Shown here in pieces: positions 1-13,453 of a DNA stretch of 64,000 nucleotides. The DNA comes from Eledone cirrhosa (Eukaryota). Location: assembly GCA_964016885.1 (NCBI GenBank), contig OZ024762.1, forward strand, positions 11,098,001 to 11,162,000, given 5' to 3'. Both the position numbers and the translations under genes were made by a program. Below the pieces are notes generated by a model. The model was not told the origin of the DNA. It ran no database searches and was given only the letters and a program-made list of their open reading frames with translations. How positions within the stretch are numbered: position 1 is the stretch's first letter; every line of letters begins with the position of its first letter.

Positions 1-13
1 GCATAAAACGCTC

Positions 14-861
<848 letters not shown>

Positions 862-992
862 GTAAAGTTATATTTAAAATTGCTGGGTTACAACTAGTAA
901 ATATTTATAACTGATATAAAAGCACTCGACAAATACTTGGAGTATATTTACAATATTAAATAAATGGAAAACTATATTTATAAAACCATATT

Positions 993-1058
993 TATTTCAT
1001 TATATATATTTCGGGGATATCATATTAACAATATGCTATGCCTTCATCAGACAAAATA
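993..1058 (-). ncRNA. Type I hammerhead ribozyme motif (mirror copy of 1213-1278)
   Basis: Reverse-complement copy in the left arm of the palindrome. Confidence 0.72.
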
Positions 1059-1212
1059 CAATATAAACAGTTTTATAGATAAATATATTCGACATACCGT
1101 AATAAACATCAACTTCATTTGAAGAGGTTCACTCTAGAGTGAACCTCTTCAAATGAAGTTGATGTTTATTACGGTATGTCGAATATATTTATCTATAAAA
1201 CTGTTTATATCG

Positions 1213-1278
1213 TATTTTGTCTGATGAAGGCATAGCATATTGTTAATATGATATCCCCGAAATATATATAATGAAATA
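1213..1278 (+). ncRNA. Type I hammerhead ribozyme motif
   Basis: tattttgt-CTGATGA-stem II (agg..catatt gtt aatatg..ccc)-GAAA-TATATA-TA|-atgaaata. Stem I pairs with two G-U. Stem III is palindromic. Confidence 0.75.
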
Positions 1279-1316
1279 AATATGGTTTTATAAATATAGT
1301 TTTCCATTTATTTAAT

Positions 1317-1364
<48 letters not shown>

Positions 1365-1392
1365 AACAAAAGATGGTTAAACGAGTTCCATG

Positions 1393-1463
1393 TATTTTAT
1401 TATGCGCATTTCAAAAACAAATATCATCATGCAATAATATTTGTGTTTTCATCAGATAAAACA
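1393..1463 (-). ncRNA. Type I hammerhead ribozyme motif (mirror copy)
   Basis: Reverse complement of 1549-1619 with one stem I change (tgttttat, giving G-U). Confidence 0.8.
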
Positions 1464-1548
1464 GGAGGACATGATATGAAGGCTAAAAAACACTTGTGGA
1501 TAGTTCAGTTTTAAATCAACATTTTTTAGCCTTCATATCATGTCCTCC

Positions 1549-1619
1549 TATTTTATCTGATGAAAACACAAATATTATTGCATGATGATATTTGTTTTTG
1601 AAATGCGCATAATAAAATA
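1549..1619 (+). ncRNA. Type I hammerhead ribozyme motif
   Basis: tattttat-CTGATGA-aaacacaaatattatt gcat gatgatatttgttttt-GAAA-TGCGCA-TA|-ataaaata. Perfect 8-bp stem I, long stem II, palindromic stem III. Confidence 0.85.
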
Positions 1620-1740
1620 CATGGAACTCCTTTAACCATCTTTTGTTCTTATATATTATATATACTCCAGTCCTACAAACTGTAGAGTGCTTCTTATCCG
1701 ATATCTGCATTGCTTTATTGTACTACAATAAAACTCAACT

Positions 1741-1802
<62 letters not shown>

Positions 1803-2095
1803 GAAGGTATATATTAGGTTAACGCTTGATATAGCAGGAAGAGGATATACATACATGTATATATAATATTATTCAGAATATTAATAAATGAAGATATTCA
1901 CATAATCAAAATATGTTTTATTATATATATTTCGAAGTTCAAATCCCGCCGAGGTTAACTTTGCCTTTCATCCTTCCGGGGTCGATAAAATAAAGTACCA
2001 GTAATGCACTGGTATTTTGCTGGCTTGTGCCAAAAGTAGAAACAATTATATATATTATATATATAATTGTTATATATTACAAACACACTCAGGGA

Positions 2096-2123
2096 GAAAC
2101 AGATTAGGGATAATCTGTCCGAG
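2096..2123 (+). ncRNA. Partial hammerhead (3' half only)
   Basis: GAAA-CAGATTA-ggga-TAATCTG-TC. The CUGANGA half is missing. The island ends in (TA)n at ~2338. Confidence 0.35.
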
Positions 2124-2332
2124 AGATATAATGGTTATTGAGGCGGTTTGTATAATAATGTATCATTGTGTCTGCTTCTTGGTTAAATATTTCAAACAAA
2201 TGTGGTTTTTCAACCCTTGTAATTTTAGACACACGGTTTACTGTGTTTCTTACTATATATTATTAATCGGCTCAGTATTTTTATACTTGGAGCTTAATAG
2301 TTACAGGGTTCCAATTGAGTTTTAACTCTAAT

Positions 2333-2389
<57 letters not shown>

Positions 2390-2511
2390 TGGCCGGCGCA
2401 ACTAGGCAGACGTTAAACAAAGGAGCATTATTTACGTAACACCGTTAGCTTCCATTCATAATAATACAAGGGAAGTAATCGACATTCTTTAAGCATTCTG
2501 CTGTTCCCTTA

Positions 2512-2595
<84 letters not shown>

Positions 2596-4190
2596 CGGTC
2601 GTTGAACCTAGCGCTGGAGACTTCTGATATTTTTGGTTCCGTTTCCACCTCTCTACTTATTGCTATCAGGGTGGAAGTAGCCACCCACGGGAGTGAGTCC
2701 CGCTAGTTTGAATGGCTACTTCAATACGTCTCCCTCCTAGCAAATTGGGTTCACACAAACACATACATACCCATACTCTCTCTATCGTTGACTTTCTCAC
2801 TCTATCTGTCTGTGTTTCTCTCTCTCTCCCTTCTTCACACACACTTTCTCTCTCTCCAACTCTCTCTCTCTCTCGCTCGTTGACTTTCTCACGCTACACA
2901 CACGCACATATTTATTAAACATATTCGTTAGTTATCTCCCTTGCACCTTTCACCGTATCATGTTAAACTCTAGACTTCATTCATGTATCACAGCCCGAAA
3001 GAGTACTCAACTCTCGCTACCCTAATTATATAGGACCCAGGCGGTGTAGAAGAACGCTCTCTGGGGTGCAGAACCCCAGAACGAGGCTGACATGTTGTCC
3101 CAGCAGACAGAATAGAGAAAGCTTTACCTCGGATGATAGCGAGGGAGACATGTTTAAATAGCTATTCCAACTGGCGAGCTTTACTCCTGCGGCTGGCCAA
3201 CACCTTGCAGACAGCAGTAAGGAGAGAGGTTATACAGGGACCCAGAACACCAGATATTTCCACAGATATAGGTTTGACAAGAAGCCAGTTCATTTCATAG
3301 TGCTTACACATACGGGTGACCAACAGCATTGAATAGGGAGATGCAGTGCCGGATTTACCATAGTGCTTAAGTATGCTTAAGCACAGGACCCATTGGTCTG
3401 GGCGCCCATTTTTCTACCCCTAAACTGCTTACATCCTTCAGCGCCCAAATAAGGGGGCTCATAACTTTAACTAACACAGGGCCTCATTTGTCCTAAATCC
3501 GGCACTTGCGAGATGATACGGGCACCAAGAACCCCAGAAGTTTCCACCACTTCAGGTTCAACGACAAACCTATCAGAGAGCGGTAGATATCCGATACTTT
3601 AGCAGCTTGCGATCTTCGGCTTGATGAGCAATGAAATCTGGGTCTGTCGGTCAATTCATCAGGTCACCACTGGAGGAAGTGACGCTACATGTCGTGTCCC
3701 AAGGAAAATATCACTGTGGAATGGGAAGATTTATTCAAATATTGAACATAGATAAGCAAATAAAAACAATACTCACTGCAGAAAATAGAGTTACATTGAA
3801 TATTGAATAGTCTTTTGTGGTTATAAAAACGGAAAAAGAAGGGAAAGGCAAGGGCTCGATAGTGACAGAAGAACGGGTAGAGAGAAGAGGGAGTGTGATG
3901 GGTTCTGGGCCGAAGGCGTGGAGGTATTAAAGCTGCGCTCCGCGGACAAAACCGCAAGAGAAATCCCGCGGACAATGGCCAGTGACACCCGTTGCATTAG
4001 CCACCCACCTCGCGGAGCTGCTTCCTCAGACGGGTCGCTGACGTTCCGATCTTGTGAAGGAGAAGCTCTGCAGTACGGGGTCCAAGTACGCCTGAGTACG
4101 AAGGTGACCCGTGCAATCTGGCCTTTTACTTTCCTCTCTGTCCAACCTTACAGATTGGAACTTCGAAGGGAAGCCTGCAGAGTCCAAGCT
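2596..4190. mobile_element. Cluster of decayed CRE-like endonuclease fragments (2596-2740 +; 3085-3255, 3270-3640, 3725-4190 -)
   Basis: Recurrent peptides VE[T/I]SGVLG, AEDRKLLKY, WLMQRVSLAIVRG, AIIRGKAFSILSAG. Confidence 0.6.
3344..3507. mobile_element. hAT-type MITE
   Basis: TIR agtgccggattta / taaatccggcact, with an 8-bp TSD gggagatg / gcgagatg. Confidence 0.75.
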
Positions 4191-4309
4191 ATGTTTTATG
4201 ATCTCTTAATGCGCAGACACGCACATACACACACACATACACACACTCACACACATGCACATGCACCCATACATATGCACACATACAGGCATGTATATAC
4301 ACATGCACT

Positions 4310-4367
<58 letters not shown>

Positions 4368-4679
4368 CACACAGATGCACACATACATATGCACACATAA
4401 AAGGGCAAAAGCCTCTTATAACGTACACACACTGCCCCCCCCCCCCCACACACCCATATATATATATATATGTATATATATATACAAAATGATATGAAAC
4501 GAAAGGAGATGTGTGGTTACTAAAAACAAGGTTTAGGATGGTGGTTAGGACGGAACAAGAAGAGAAAGGAAGAAAGGAGTTTCCTTTGTCAGCTGTAAAT
4601 GTTTCCCGATCCGATGTTTCGGCGCTATAACTGTCTTGTCTCGCATTCACTTTTTCTTTCTCTCTCTTTCTTTCGACGG

Positions 4680-5944
4680 GACATAACACTACAGCTGTAT
4701 CATACAGATATAACACTACAGCTGTATCATACAGATATAACACTACAGCTGTATCATACAGACATAACACTACAGCTGTATCATACAGACATAACACTAC
4801 AGCTGTATCATACGGACATAACACTACAGCTGTATCATACAGATATAACACTACAGCTGTATCATACAGACATAACACTACAGCTGTATCATACAGATAT
4901 AACACTACAGCTGTATCATACGGACATAACACTACAGCTGTATCATACAGATATAACACTACAGCTGTATCATACGGACATAACACTACAGCTGTATCAT
5001 ACAGACATAACACTACAGCTGTATCATACAGATATAACACTACAGCTGTATCATACAGATATAACACTACAGCTGTATCATACAGACATAACACTACAGC
5101 TGTATCATACAGATATAACACTACAGTTGTATCATACAGACATAACACTACAGCTGTATCATACAGATATAACACTACAGCTGTATCATACAGACATAAC
5201 ACTACAGCTGTATCATACAGACATAACACTACAGCTGTATCATACAGATATAACACTACAGTTGTATCATACAGATATAACACTACAGCTGTATCATACA
5301 GATATAACACTACAGCTGTATCATACAGACATAACACTACAGCTGTATCATACAGACATAACACTACAGCTGTATCATACAGACATAACACTACAGTTGT
5401 ATCATACAGATATAACACTACAGTTGTATCATACAGATATAACACTACAGCTGTATCATACAGACATAACACTACAGCTGTATCATACAGACATAACACT
5501 ACAGTTGTATCATACAGATATAACACTACAGTTGTATCATACAGACATAACACTACAGCTGTATCATACAGATATAACACTACAGTTGTATCATACAGAC
5601 ATAACACTACAGCTGTATCATACAGATATAACACTACAGCTGTATCATACAGATATAACACTACAGCTGTATCATACGGACATAACACTACAGCTGTATC
5701 ATACAGATATAACACTACAGCTGTATCATACAGACATAACACTACAGTTGTATCATACAGACATAACACTACAGCTGTATCATACAGACATAACACTACA
5801 GCTGTATCATACAGACATAACACTACAGCTGTATCATACAGACATAACACTACAGCTGTATCATACAGATATAATACTACAGTTGTATCATACAGACATA
5901 ACACTACAGCTGTATCATACAGACATAACACTACAGCTGTATCA
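4680..5944 (+). repeat. 27-bp minisatellite, ~47 copies
   Basis: Unit ga[c/t]ataacactacag[c/t]tgtatcatac[a/g]. Confidence 0.95.
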
Positions 5945-6054
5945 GTAGCTACGAGTGAATAGACAAAACTGAAAGAAAATATACAGAATACGACAGTCTT
6001 TTGACAAAAGGAAACAATGCCGCGTTTCTGAGGTGGATAAGGAAATTGCTAATA

Positions 6055-7152
6055 ACGATTTCTAGTATAGGAACAAGGCCAGTAATTTGAGGGGAGGGGA
6101 AAGTCGATAAATCGACCCCCGTACGTTACTGGTACTTTATTTTATCGACCCCGTAAGGATGAAAGGCAAAGTTAACCTCGGCGACATTTGAACTCAGAAT
6201 GGCAAGGGCCGTAACTCTATGCGTCAAAGCATGGCGTCCGATCCTCTACAGCTACTGCCAATCCACCGGAAATTGCTAATAACAAACTGACGACAGCTGC
6301 AAAGAAAAATCATGTGAATATATGCATGCGTGTGTGCGTGTGTGTGTGTCTGTGTGCGTGTGTGTGTGTGCGTGTGTGTGTGTATGTGTGTGTGTGTGTG
6401 CGTGTGTGTGTGTGTGTGCGTGCGTGCGTGTGTGTGTGCGCGTGTGTATGCGTGTGTGTGTGTGTGTGTGCGTGTGTGTGTGTGTGTGTGTGTCTGCTGA
6501 CAACATATGTTCCAATGGAACATTCTGTAACAACAGGTTTGAAAATTCCCTAGAAACTCCCTTCCTCCATACATACATACATACATACATACATACATAC
6601 ATACATACATACATACATACATACATACATACATACTCCTGGCGTAATTGCATATCAATTATTAACTTTGCCGGTGGATTGGCAGTATCGGTGGAGGGTC
6701 GTACGCCATGCTTTGACGCATAGAGTTACGGCCCTTGTCATTCTGAGTTCAAATCCCACCGAGGTTAACTTTGCCTTTCATCCTTACGAGGTCGATAAAA
6801 TAAAGTACCAGTAATGCACTGGGTTAATTGCTGGCCTTGTGTCAAAAGTAAAAACAATTATTAACTTTGACTTTCATCTTTACAAGGTCGATAAAATAAA
6901 GTACCAGTAATGCACTGGGTTAATTGCTGGCCTTGTGTCAAAAGTAAAAACAATTATTAACTTTGACTTTCATCTTTACAAGGTCGATAAAATAAAGTAC
7001 CAGTAATGCACTGGGTTAATTGCTGGCCTTGTGTCAAAAGTAAAAACAATTATTAACTTTGACTTTCATCTTTACAAGGTCGATAAAATAAAGTACCAGT
7101 AATGCACTGGGTTAATTGCTGGCCTTATGTCAAAAGTAGAAAAGAATTATTA
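6055..7152. mobile_element. Two divergently oriented tRNA-derived SINEs (family 1); the right copy has a 96-bp 3' segment reiterated three more times
   Basis: B box gagttcaaatccc and body gcctttcatccttacggggtcgataaaataaagtaccag. 6055-6267 minus, 6673-7152 plus. Confidence 0.8.
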
Positions 7153-7444
7153 ATGATTTTTCTTGTTACTAATAAAGCTAAGTTATTTTTCAGGGGCACC
7201 GGGCCGGATCATAGTTACATAACCAAAGCTACAGGGAACCACGAAAGATGTATTCAAGAACACAGGTGAGCAGAAGCGAGAAATTTTGAATAGCGTCACA
7301 GACACAGGTTTGAATATATTCTATTCCACTCTACCGAACAGTACAATTTTGTATTCTACAGGACTAGAACTGTTTCATTCGTAATAGTTTCCTTTGAATG
7401 AAACAGTTCTAGTCGTGTAGCAACAATTTCTATATTAAACGCTC

Positions 7445-7537
<93 letters not shown>

Positions 7538-7658
7538 ATAATAATAAATTTGAAGACTAAAATCCAAAGAGGGCTCGATAAGGATAAATATATATCAAAT
7601 ATATAAGAACCGTAGAGCAAATATTTATTATATTTATTTATTTATTAATTTATATTTA

Positions 7659-7719
7659 TTTATTCTGTCGACTGAAGACAGATGAAACATCTGCCTTCAA
7701 GAAACCACTGATAAATGAA
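7659..7719 (+). ncRNA. Degenerate hammerhead motif (core CTGTCGA)
   Basis: tttatt-CTGTCGA-(c)tgaag acagatg aaa catctg c cttca(a)-GAAA-ccactga-TA-aatgaa, with an A6 substitution. The downstream tail resembles the reverse complement of 36488-36580 and of 22445-22525. Confidence 0.45.
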
Positions 7720-7815
7720 ATAATTATCTTATGTTGTTTATTACATAACTAATAAGCTCTGTAGCCTACATAGAGCACTCTTTTTTCCTGTACCTTTCCG
7801 ACGGAAATACTTCAC

Positions 7816-7877
<62 letters not shown>

Positions 7878-7882
<5 letters not shown>

Positions 7883-8073
7883 GAAGGAAGTGTGGTAAGG
7901 AACCATGTGGACCATAACGTACCAGAGTACTCGATACTTTGGGCAGTACGGTGAGTGATAGGAAAAGTGTCAGGACCCCGACGGCAGAGCTAAAGCCGTT
8001 TCGAGGCCTATTTCTGGACTCCAGAAATACCCACCGAAACGGCTTGAGCTCTGCCGTCGGGGTCCTGACTCTT

Positions 8074-8079
<6 letters not shown>
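7878..8079. mobile_element. (TA)n-flanked fold-back element, family C
   Basis: Arms ~7958-8018 and 8020-8079. Each has the hammerhead 3' half (GAAACGGC..GAGCTC..GCCGTC|GGGGTCC). ~80-nt tail. A further truncated copy lies at 8103-8221. Confidence 0.7.
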
Positions 8080-8107
<28 letters not shown>

Positions 8108-8218
8108 AAAGAGTCAGGACGCCGACGGCTGAGCTCCGGCCGTTTCGCCACTCTACTACCCAGTATCGAGTACTTTGGTGTATTATGGACCAACTGGTTA
8201 CTTATCACACTTCCTTCG

Positions 8219-8254
<36 letters not shown>

Positions 8255-8296
8255 CAAAATGTTAACAAATGAAAAATATTCTCATAATCAGAATAT

Positions 8297-8365
8297 ATAC
8301 TTTATTATATATATTTCAAAGGTACTGTGTTGTTTTTTTCAGTACGTCCTCATCAGACAAAATAT
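8297..8365 (-). ncRNA. Type I hammerhead ribozyme motif
   Basis: Minus strand: atattttgt-CTGATGA-ggacgtactg..cagtaccttt-GAAA-TATATA-TA|-ataaagtat. 9-bp stem I including G-U. Confidence 0.78.
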
Positions 8366-8428
8366 ATGATTTGATATATGACATACCGCTACGGTCTTGA
8401 TTATTCAATTCCAGTATTGGCAGTGATT

Positions 8429-8890
8429 TATATATAATCAAGTATATATTTATATATAATAAAGTATATATTTATATATAATAAAGTATATATTTATATA
8501 TAATCAAGTATATATTTATATATAATAAAGTATATATTTATATATAATAAAGTATATATTTATATATAATAAAGTATATATTTATATATAATAAAGTATA
8601 TATTTATATATAATCAAGTATATATTTATATATAATAAAGTATATATTTATATATAATAAAGTATATATTTATATATAATCAAGTATATATTTATATATA
8701 ATAAAGTATATATTTATATATAATAAAGTATATATTTATATATAATCAAGTATATATTTATATATAATCAAGTATATATTTATATATAATCAAGTATATA
8801 TTTATATATAATCAAGTATATATTTATATATAATAAAGTATATATTTATATATAATAAAGTATATATTTATATATAATAAAGTATATATT
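8429..8890 (+). repeat. 22-bp minisatellite (tatatataat[a/c]aagtatatatt) x21 inside fold-back element 8250-9030
   Basis: Exact 22-bp periodicity over 462 bp. Confidence 0.9.
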
Positions 8891-9030
8891 TTTATTATGA
8901 GAATATTTTTCATTTGTTAATATTTTGAATAATATTAAAAACTCCAGGAAAACGTTTCTTGTTGACTGCTTCTAATCTATTGTAAAATTATATTCATTGA
9001 GGAATCAATGAACCATATTAATCTTTGGTC

Positions 9031-9074
<44 letters not shown>

Positions 9075-9159
9075 GTGTAAATGTATATATGTATGAAGGA
9101 AATTACTTTGTGTATTTAGGAAGGGATAGTATTACGAAAACAAAACAAAAAACAGTTCA

Positions 9160-9212
<53 letters not shown>

Positions 9213-10875
9213 AGCAAATTATAGTTTAAGAAGATTTTTTTTAAAGTGAGGACAGACTGTGAACTGAGCCAATCCCACTGAGCGACAGTAGCTATAACCT
9301 GAAAAGAAGAAAAGATCAACATCATCAGTAACTACTGAGCCGCAGGTTTTATATCGGAGGTATCCCAGTTTCCTGAGTTGCCTTCTAGAAGAATGCCTTG
9401 ATAAAGGCTAGGGGTCCTTTACTCCCAGTGGTTTAACCGTGTAATCGGGAGTCCAGCCCGATTAATTCTATGTCCCCGCGCATATACATACACACATTCA
9501 TATACATATACATACATATGTACATGTGTATATACATATTTACACATTTTTGGATGGCCGTTGACTCTTATGAGTTCTTCCACCATTTGGTGTATGTATG
9601 CATACATACATGCATGTATGTATGCATAAATACATACATACATGTATGTATGTATGTATGTATGTATGTATGTATGTATGTATGTATGTATGTATGTTTT
9701 CTCTTTCTCTTAATTTTGAGTATATTTTTTGACCAGCCACCTTCCTGTTGGCAAGGTTGTAAAAGAAAAGAAATTGTCATCCCTTGAATCGCAAGAATGT
9801 TTTGCAAATTTTGAAGGTACCAGCTATCGCAGCCATTTGTAGACTATGAATTAGGGAGCTGCGCTTTTTGTCCGCAAATCCATGTGTATGTATGTATGTA
9901 TGTATGTATGTATGTATGTATGTATGTATGTATGTATACATACATACATACATACATACATACATACATACATACATACATACATACATACATGGTGGCT
10001 GCCAACTCGTTTTCGAGTACGGCTACTACTTTATATCCATGTAGGAGAACCCTTACCGATGCGCTGAACGAGTGTGACTTTTTAGTCCAGCCAGCGATTT
10101 GAAAACTCTGGTAGAAACACTACACTTGTGACAATTATTGATACATAGTGCTGGGCCCATGGTACCCTGTGATGACAAGTGCAGAGAGATCTCCAGATAT
10201 AAAGCAATGCCTGTGCCGTGAAGCTTTTATAGTGAGCAAAGGCAGTACACAAAGCCAGTCCCACTCTATTAACCAAGATGATATTTACCGAAAAGAAGAA
10301 CAAGTCAACATCATTGGATACCATCAGGGTTGCAGGTTTTATATCAGAGTTTTCCTTCTCCTAGAATTCTGCCTTGACAAAGGCTAAGGGGTCATCTCTC
10401 CCGGTGATTTTGGATGGCCATTGACTCTGTATGTATACATACATACATATATGTATGCATTTATGTATGTATGCATACATGAATGTATGTATGCATACAT
10501 ACACCAAATGGTGGAAGAACTCATAAGAGTCAACGGCCATCTAAAAATGTGTAAATATGTATATACACATGTACATGCATACATACATAAAAATATGTAA
10601 AACATTCCAACAATTTTGCATCTAATAACTGCATATACACATGTACAGATACAATGCATATACACATGCACACATACAACTCAAAACATCCACATCCACA
10701 CATGCATGCAGACATACATATCTACCTAGTTGATGTGTAAATTCCAATGAGAGAATCTTATGTCTATGTTAGAAACCGACTCTCTCTCTATTGGGAAAAA
10801 TTTGTGAAATTATAAAACCAGAAGAACATACATACATACATACATACATACATAATACATACATACATACATACA

Positions 10876-11476
10876 TGGTGGTGGCTGCCAACTCGTTTTC
10901 GAGTACGGCCACTACTTTATATCCATGTAGGAGAACCCCTACCGATGCGCTGAACGAGTGTGACTTTTTAGTCCAGCCAGCGACTTGAAAACTCTGGTGC
11001 AAACACTACACTTGTGACAATTATTGACACATAGTCCTGGGCTCATGGTACCATGTGATGACAAGTGCAGAGAGATCTCCAGATATAAAGCAATTCCTGT
11101 GTCGTGAAGCTTTTATAGTGAGCAAAGGCACTGCACAAAGTCAGTCCCACTCTCTTAACCAAGATGATATTTACCAAAAAGAAGAACAAGTCAACATCAT
11201 TGGATACCATCAGGGTTGCAGGTGTTATATCAGAGTTTTCTGCCTTGACAAAGGCTAAGGGGTCATCTCTCCCGGTGATTTTGGATGGCGATTGACTCTT
11301 AAGAGCTCCTTTGCCCTTTGATAGGTTTTGTTTTTAGTCCTGCAGGATGTCCAAAGTCACCCTCCTCACCAAGAAATCTTGGTGGGGTTGCCAGTTTAGT
11401 CGCCAACGACCCGATCATGGGACAGGTTTTACTGGAATACATGTTACCAGTAGCACCAACTGGTGACCTGACATCA
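10876..11476 (-). mobile_element. Short RTE-like LINE derivative ending in (TATG)n; copies at 9990-10430, 61235-61645 and partial 9240-9590
   Basis: RTE-5'UTR-like ggagaaggaaaactctgatataa in the sister copies, joined to a zinc-finger-like remnant (CSVCTRVFKSLAGLKSH). Confidence 0.55.
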
Positions 11477-11559
11477 CATACATACATACATACATACATA
11501 CATACATACATACATACATACATACATACATACATACATACATACATACATACATACAT

Positions 11560-12455
11560 AGGAGAAATCGGAAGATCCTATTCAATGTTCAAACAAGATT
11601 AAAAAATTGACCAATTTACAGAAAAGGTTGTGCATGGATATTTGAGGCGTAAAACACAGACCATAGAGGGGATAAACCACTCAAAAAGCCTGGCATGGAG
11701 TTCCGACAAGTTTATAACATCACACCTTGAGAGATATCTCTATGCAATACAGGAACAAGAACTCCCTACCAAATATCTGCTGCACAAAAGAGGAGGGCCA
11801 GCAGCTGACAATAAATGTAGGCTATCTAAAACAAAGATCGAGGATGTAAGCCACATTGTTGCCAGCTGCGAAAGAATGTCATCTCGCTACTACCTCCCCA
11901 TGAGACACGATGGGATAGCTAGAACCATCGGAAAACAAAATTAACAACAAACGAGGAGGAATATATTGAGACAGATGGCACTAAGGAATACTGGTGGAAC
12001 CTGAGAATAAAAACTGCCACCAAATTAAAGCACAACCGGCCTGATATTGTTGTTTGGGACCACACATTGAAAACGTGTTCTGTTGTGGAGATCAGCTGCC
12101 CACTTGATGTAAATGTTGTCAGAAATATACAGGAGAAGGAGGACATCTACGGACCATTGATGAGGAGTTTACAAATCCAGTATCCAAGATACACCTTTAG
12201 CTTCATACCCATCATTATTGGAGCTACGGGTTATATACCAACCCGCTTGGACCAAAGTATGACTGAACTTGAATTTGCGGACAAAAAGCGCAGCTCCCTA
12301 ATTCATAGTCTACAAATGGCTGCGATAGCTGGCACCTTCAAAATTTGCAAAACATTCTTGCGATTCAAGGGATGACAATTTCTTTTCTTTTACAACCTTG
12401 CCACCAGGAAGGTGGCCGGTCAAAAAAAATGTACTCGAAATTAAGAGAAAGAGAT
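11560..12455 (+). mobile_element. R4/Dong-like non-LTR retrotransposon, 5'-truncated, in (CATA)n
   Basis: HGYL, AIQEQEL, CRLS..EDVSHIVASC (degenerate CCHC), RHD, HNRPDIVV, VEISCP..EKEDIY (RLE). (CATA)n on both flanks. Shorter 3' ends at 9696-9882 (-) and 46516-46700 (+). Confidence 0.82.
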
Positions 12456-13453
12456 ACATACATACATACATACATACATACATACATACATACATACATA
12501 CATACATACATACATACATACATACACACATACATTCATACAGACAGACAGACAGACATTAGTTTTATTATCACGTGTTTTAACGAATATAAATATTTAG
12601 TCCGGCAAATGTCATTCACAGGAATGTGGTTAGAGAATTAGATTCGCAATCGTGAGGTTGTGAGTTCGATTCCCGGACCAAGCGATGCGTTATGTCCTTG
12701 GGCAAGAAGACACTTTATTTCACGTTGCTCCTTCTACCTGGAGTTGCGACCGATAGATAGTATTAGCAATTGGAAAGACCAATGGAAACACTGTTTCCTC
12801 GGTCCGATTTGACAAAAAAAAGTCGATCGCCTGTCGATATATATATATATATATATATAATTTATTTTTTGCACTGGGTGGTTGCTGGACTTGTGCCTAG
12901 GGTAGAAACCATTATTTCGTATTAGTCTCGGGACTCTGAATTATTATTTCGTGGTAGTTTCTTTAGTATTTTGGACCCCACTTGTTGACCCGTCACCGTA
13001 AGATATACTCGGTTGATTACTAATACCTCTTAATAGGGTCTCATTATAAATTCCGTCCCACCTAGTAAACCTTTCTAGCAGTACCAGTGAGAGACTTGAT
13101 AGCTGTCCTTAGGTTATAGTAACCAGATATTGTTTTTGTTTTTTTTTATATTTAATTTTTATTTTATTTTATTTATTTATTTTTTTTTAACATTCTCGGT
13201 ATTTTTCTATATATTTACTCCATATTGTTTTACTTATTGTTTCGACTTCCTCCCCCTCCCTAGTATACTTCCTTGACCTCCTGCCCTGGCACTATCAACG
13301 CACGACTGGGTTTCATCCACCCCTTTCCCTCTTTCTTCTACTGGCAGGTTCAGCTACCCCTTCCTTCCACAAATTGCCATGATAGAATTATGTGTCACAA
13401 CAACAAACTTTTGACCAATCCTTGTGACAATCACTTTTACTATATATGGAATT

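Larger units (their letters stand above)
862..1322. mobile_element. (TA)n-flanked fold-back element (family A): 374-bp near-perfect palindrome plus ~87-nt one-sided tail; putative non-autonomous Penelope-like element
   Basis: 949-1322 is self-complementary around actct|agagt (1135/1136) with one mismatch seen. 862-948 is unpaired. Each arm carries a hammerhead motif. Related copies at 22044-22440 and 45606-45990. Confidence 0.75.
1361..1742. mobile_element. (TA)n-flanked fold-back element (family B): ~130-bp arms, ~31-nt spacer, ~86-nt tail
   Basis: Arms 1361-1490 and 1522-1651 are reverse complements. Tail ~1657-1742. (TA)n on both sides. Confidence 0.75.

Noticed and set aside
4309-5948. 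540-aa and 449-aa repetitive ORFs on both strands
   Set aside because: Translations of a 27-bp minisatellite that happens to lack stops. No unique domain.
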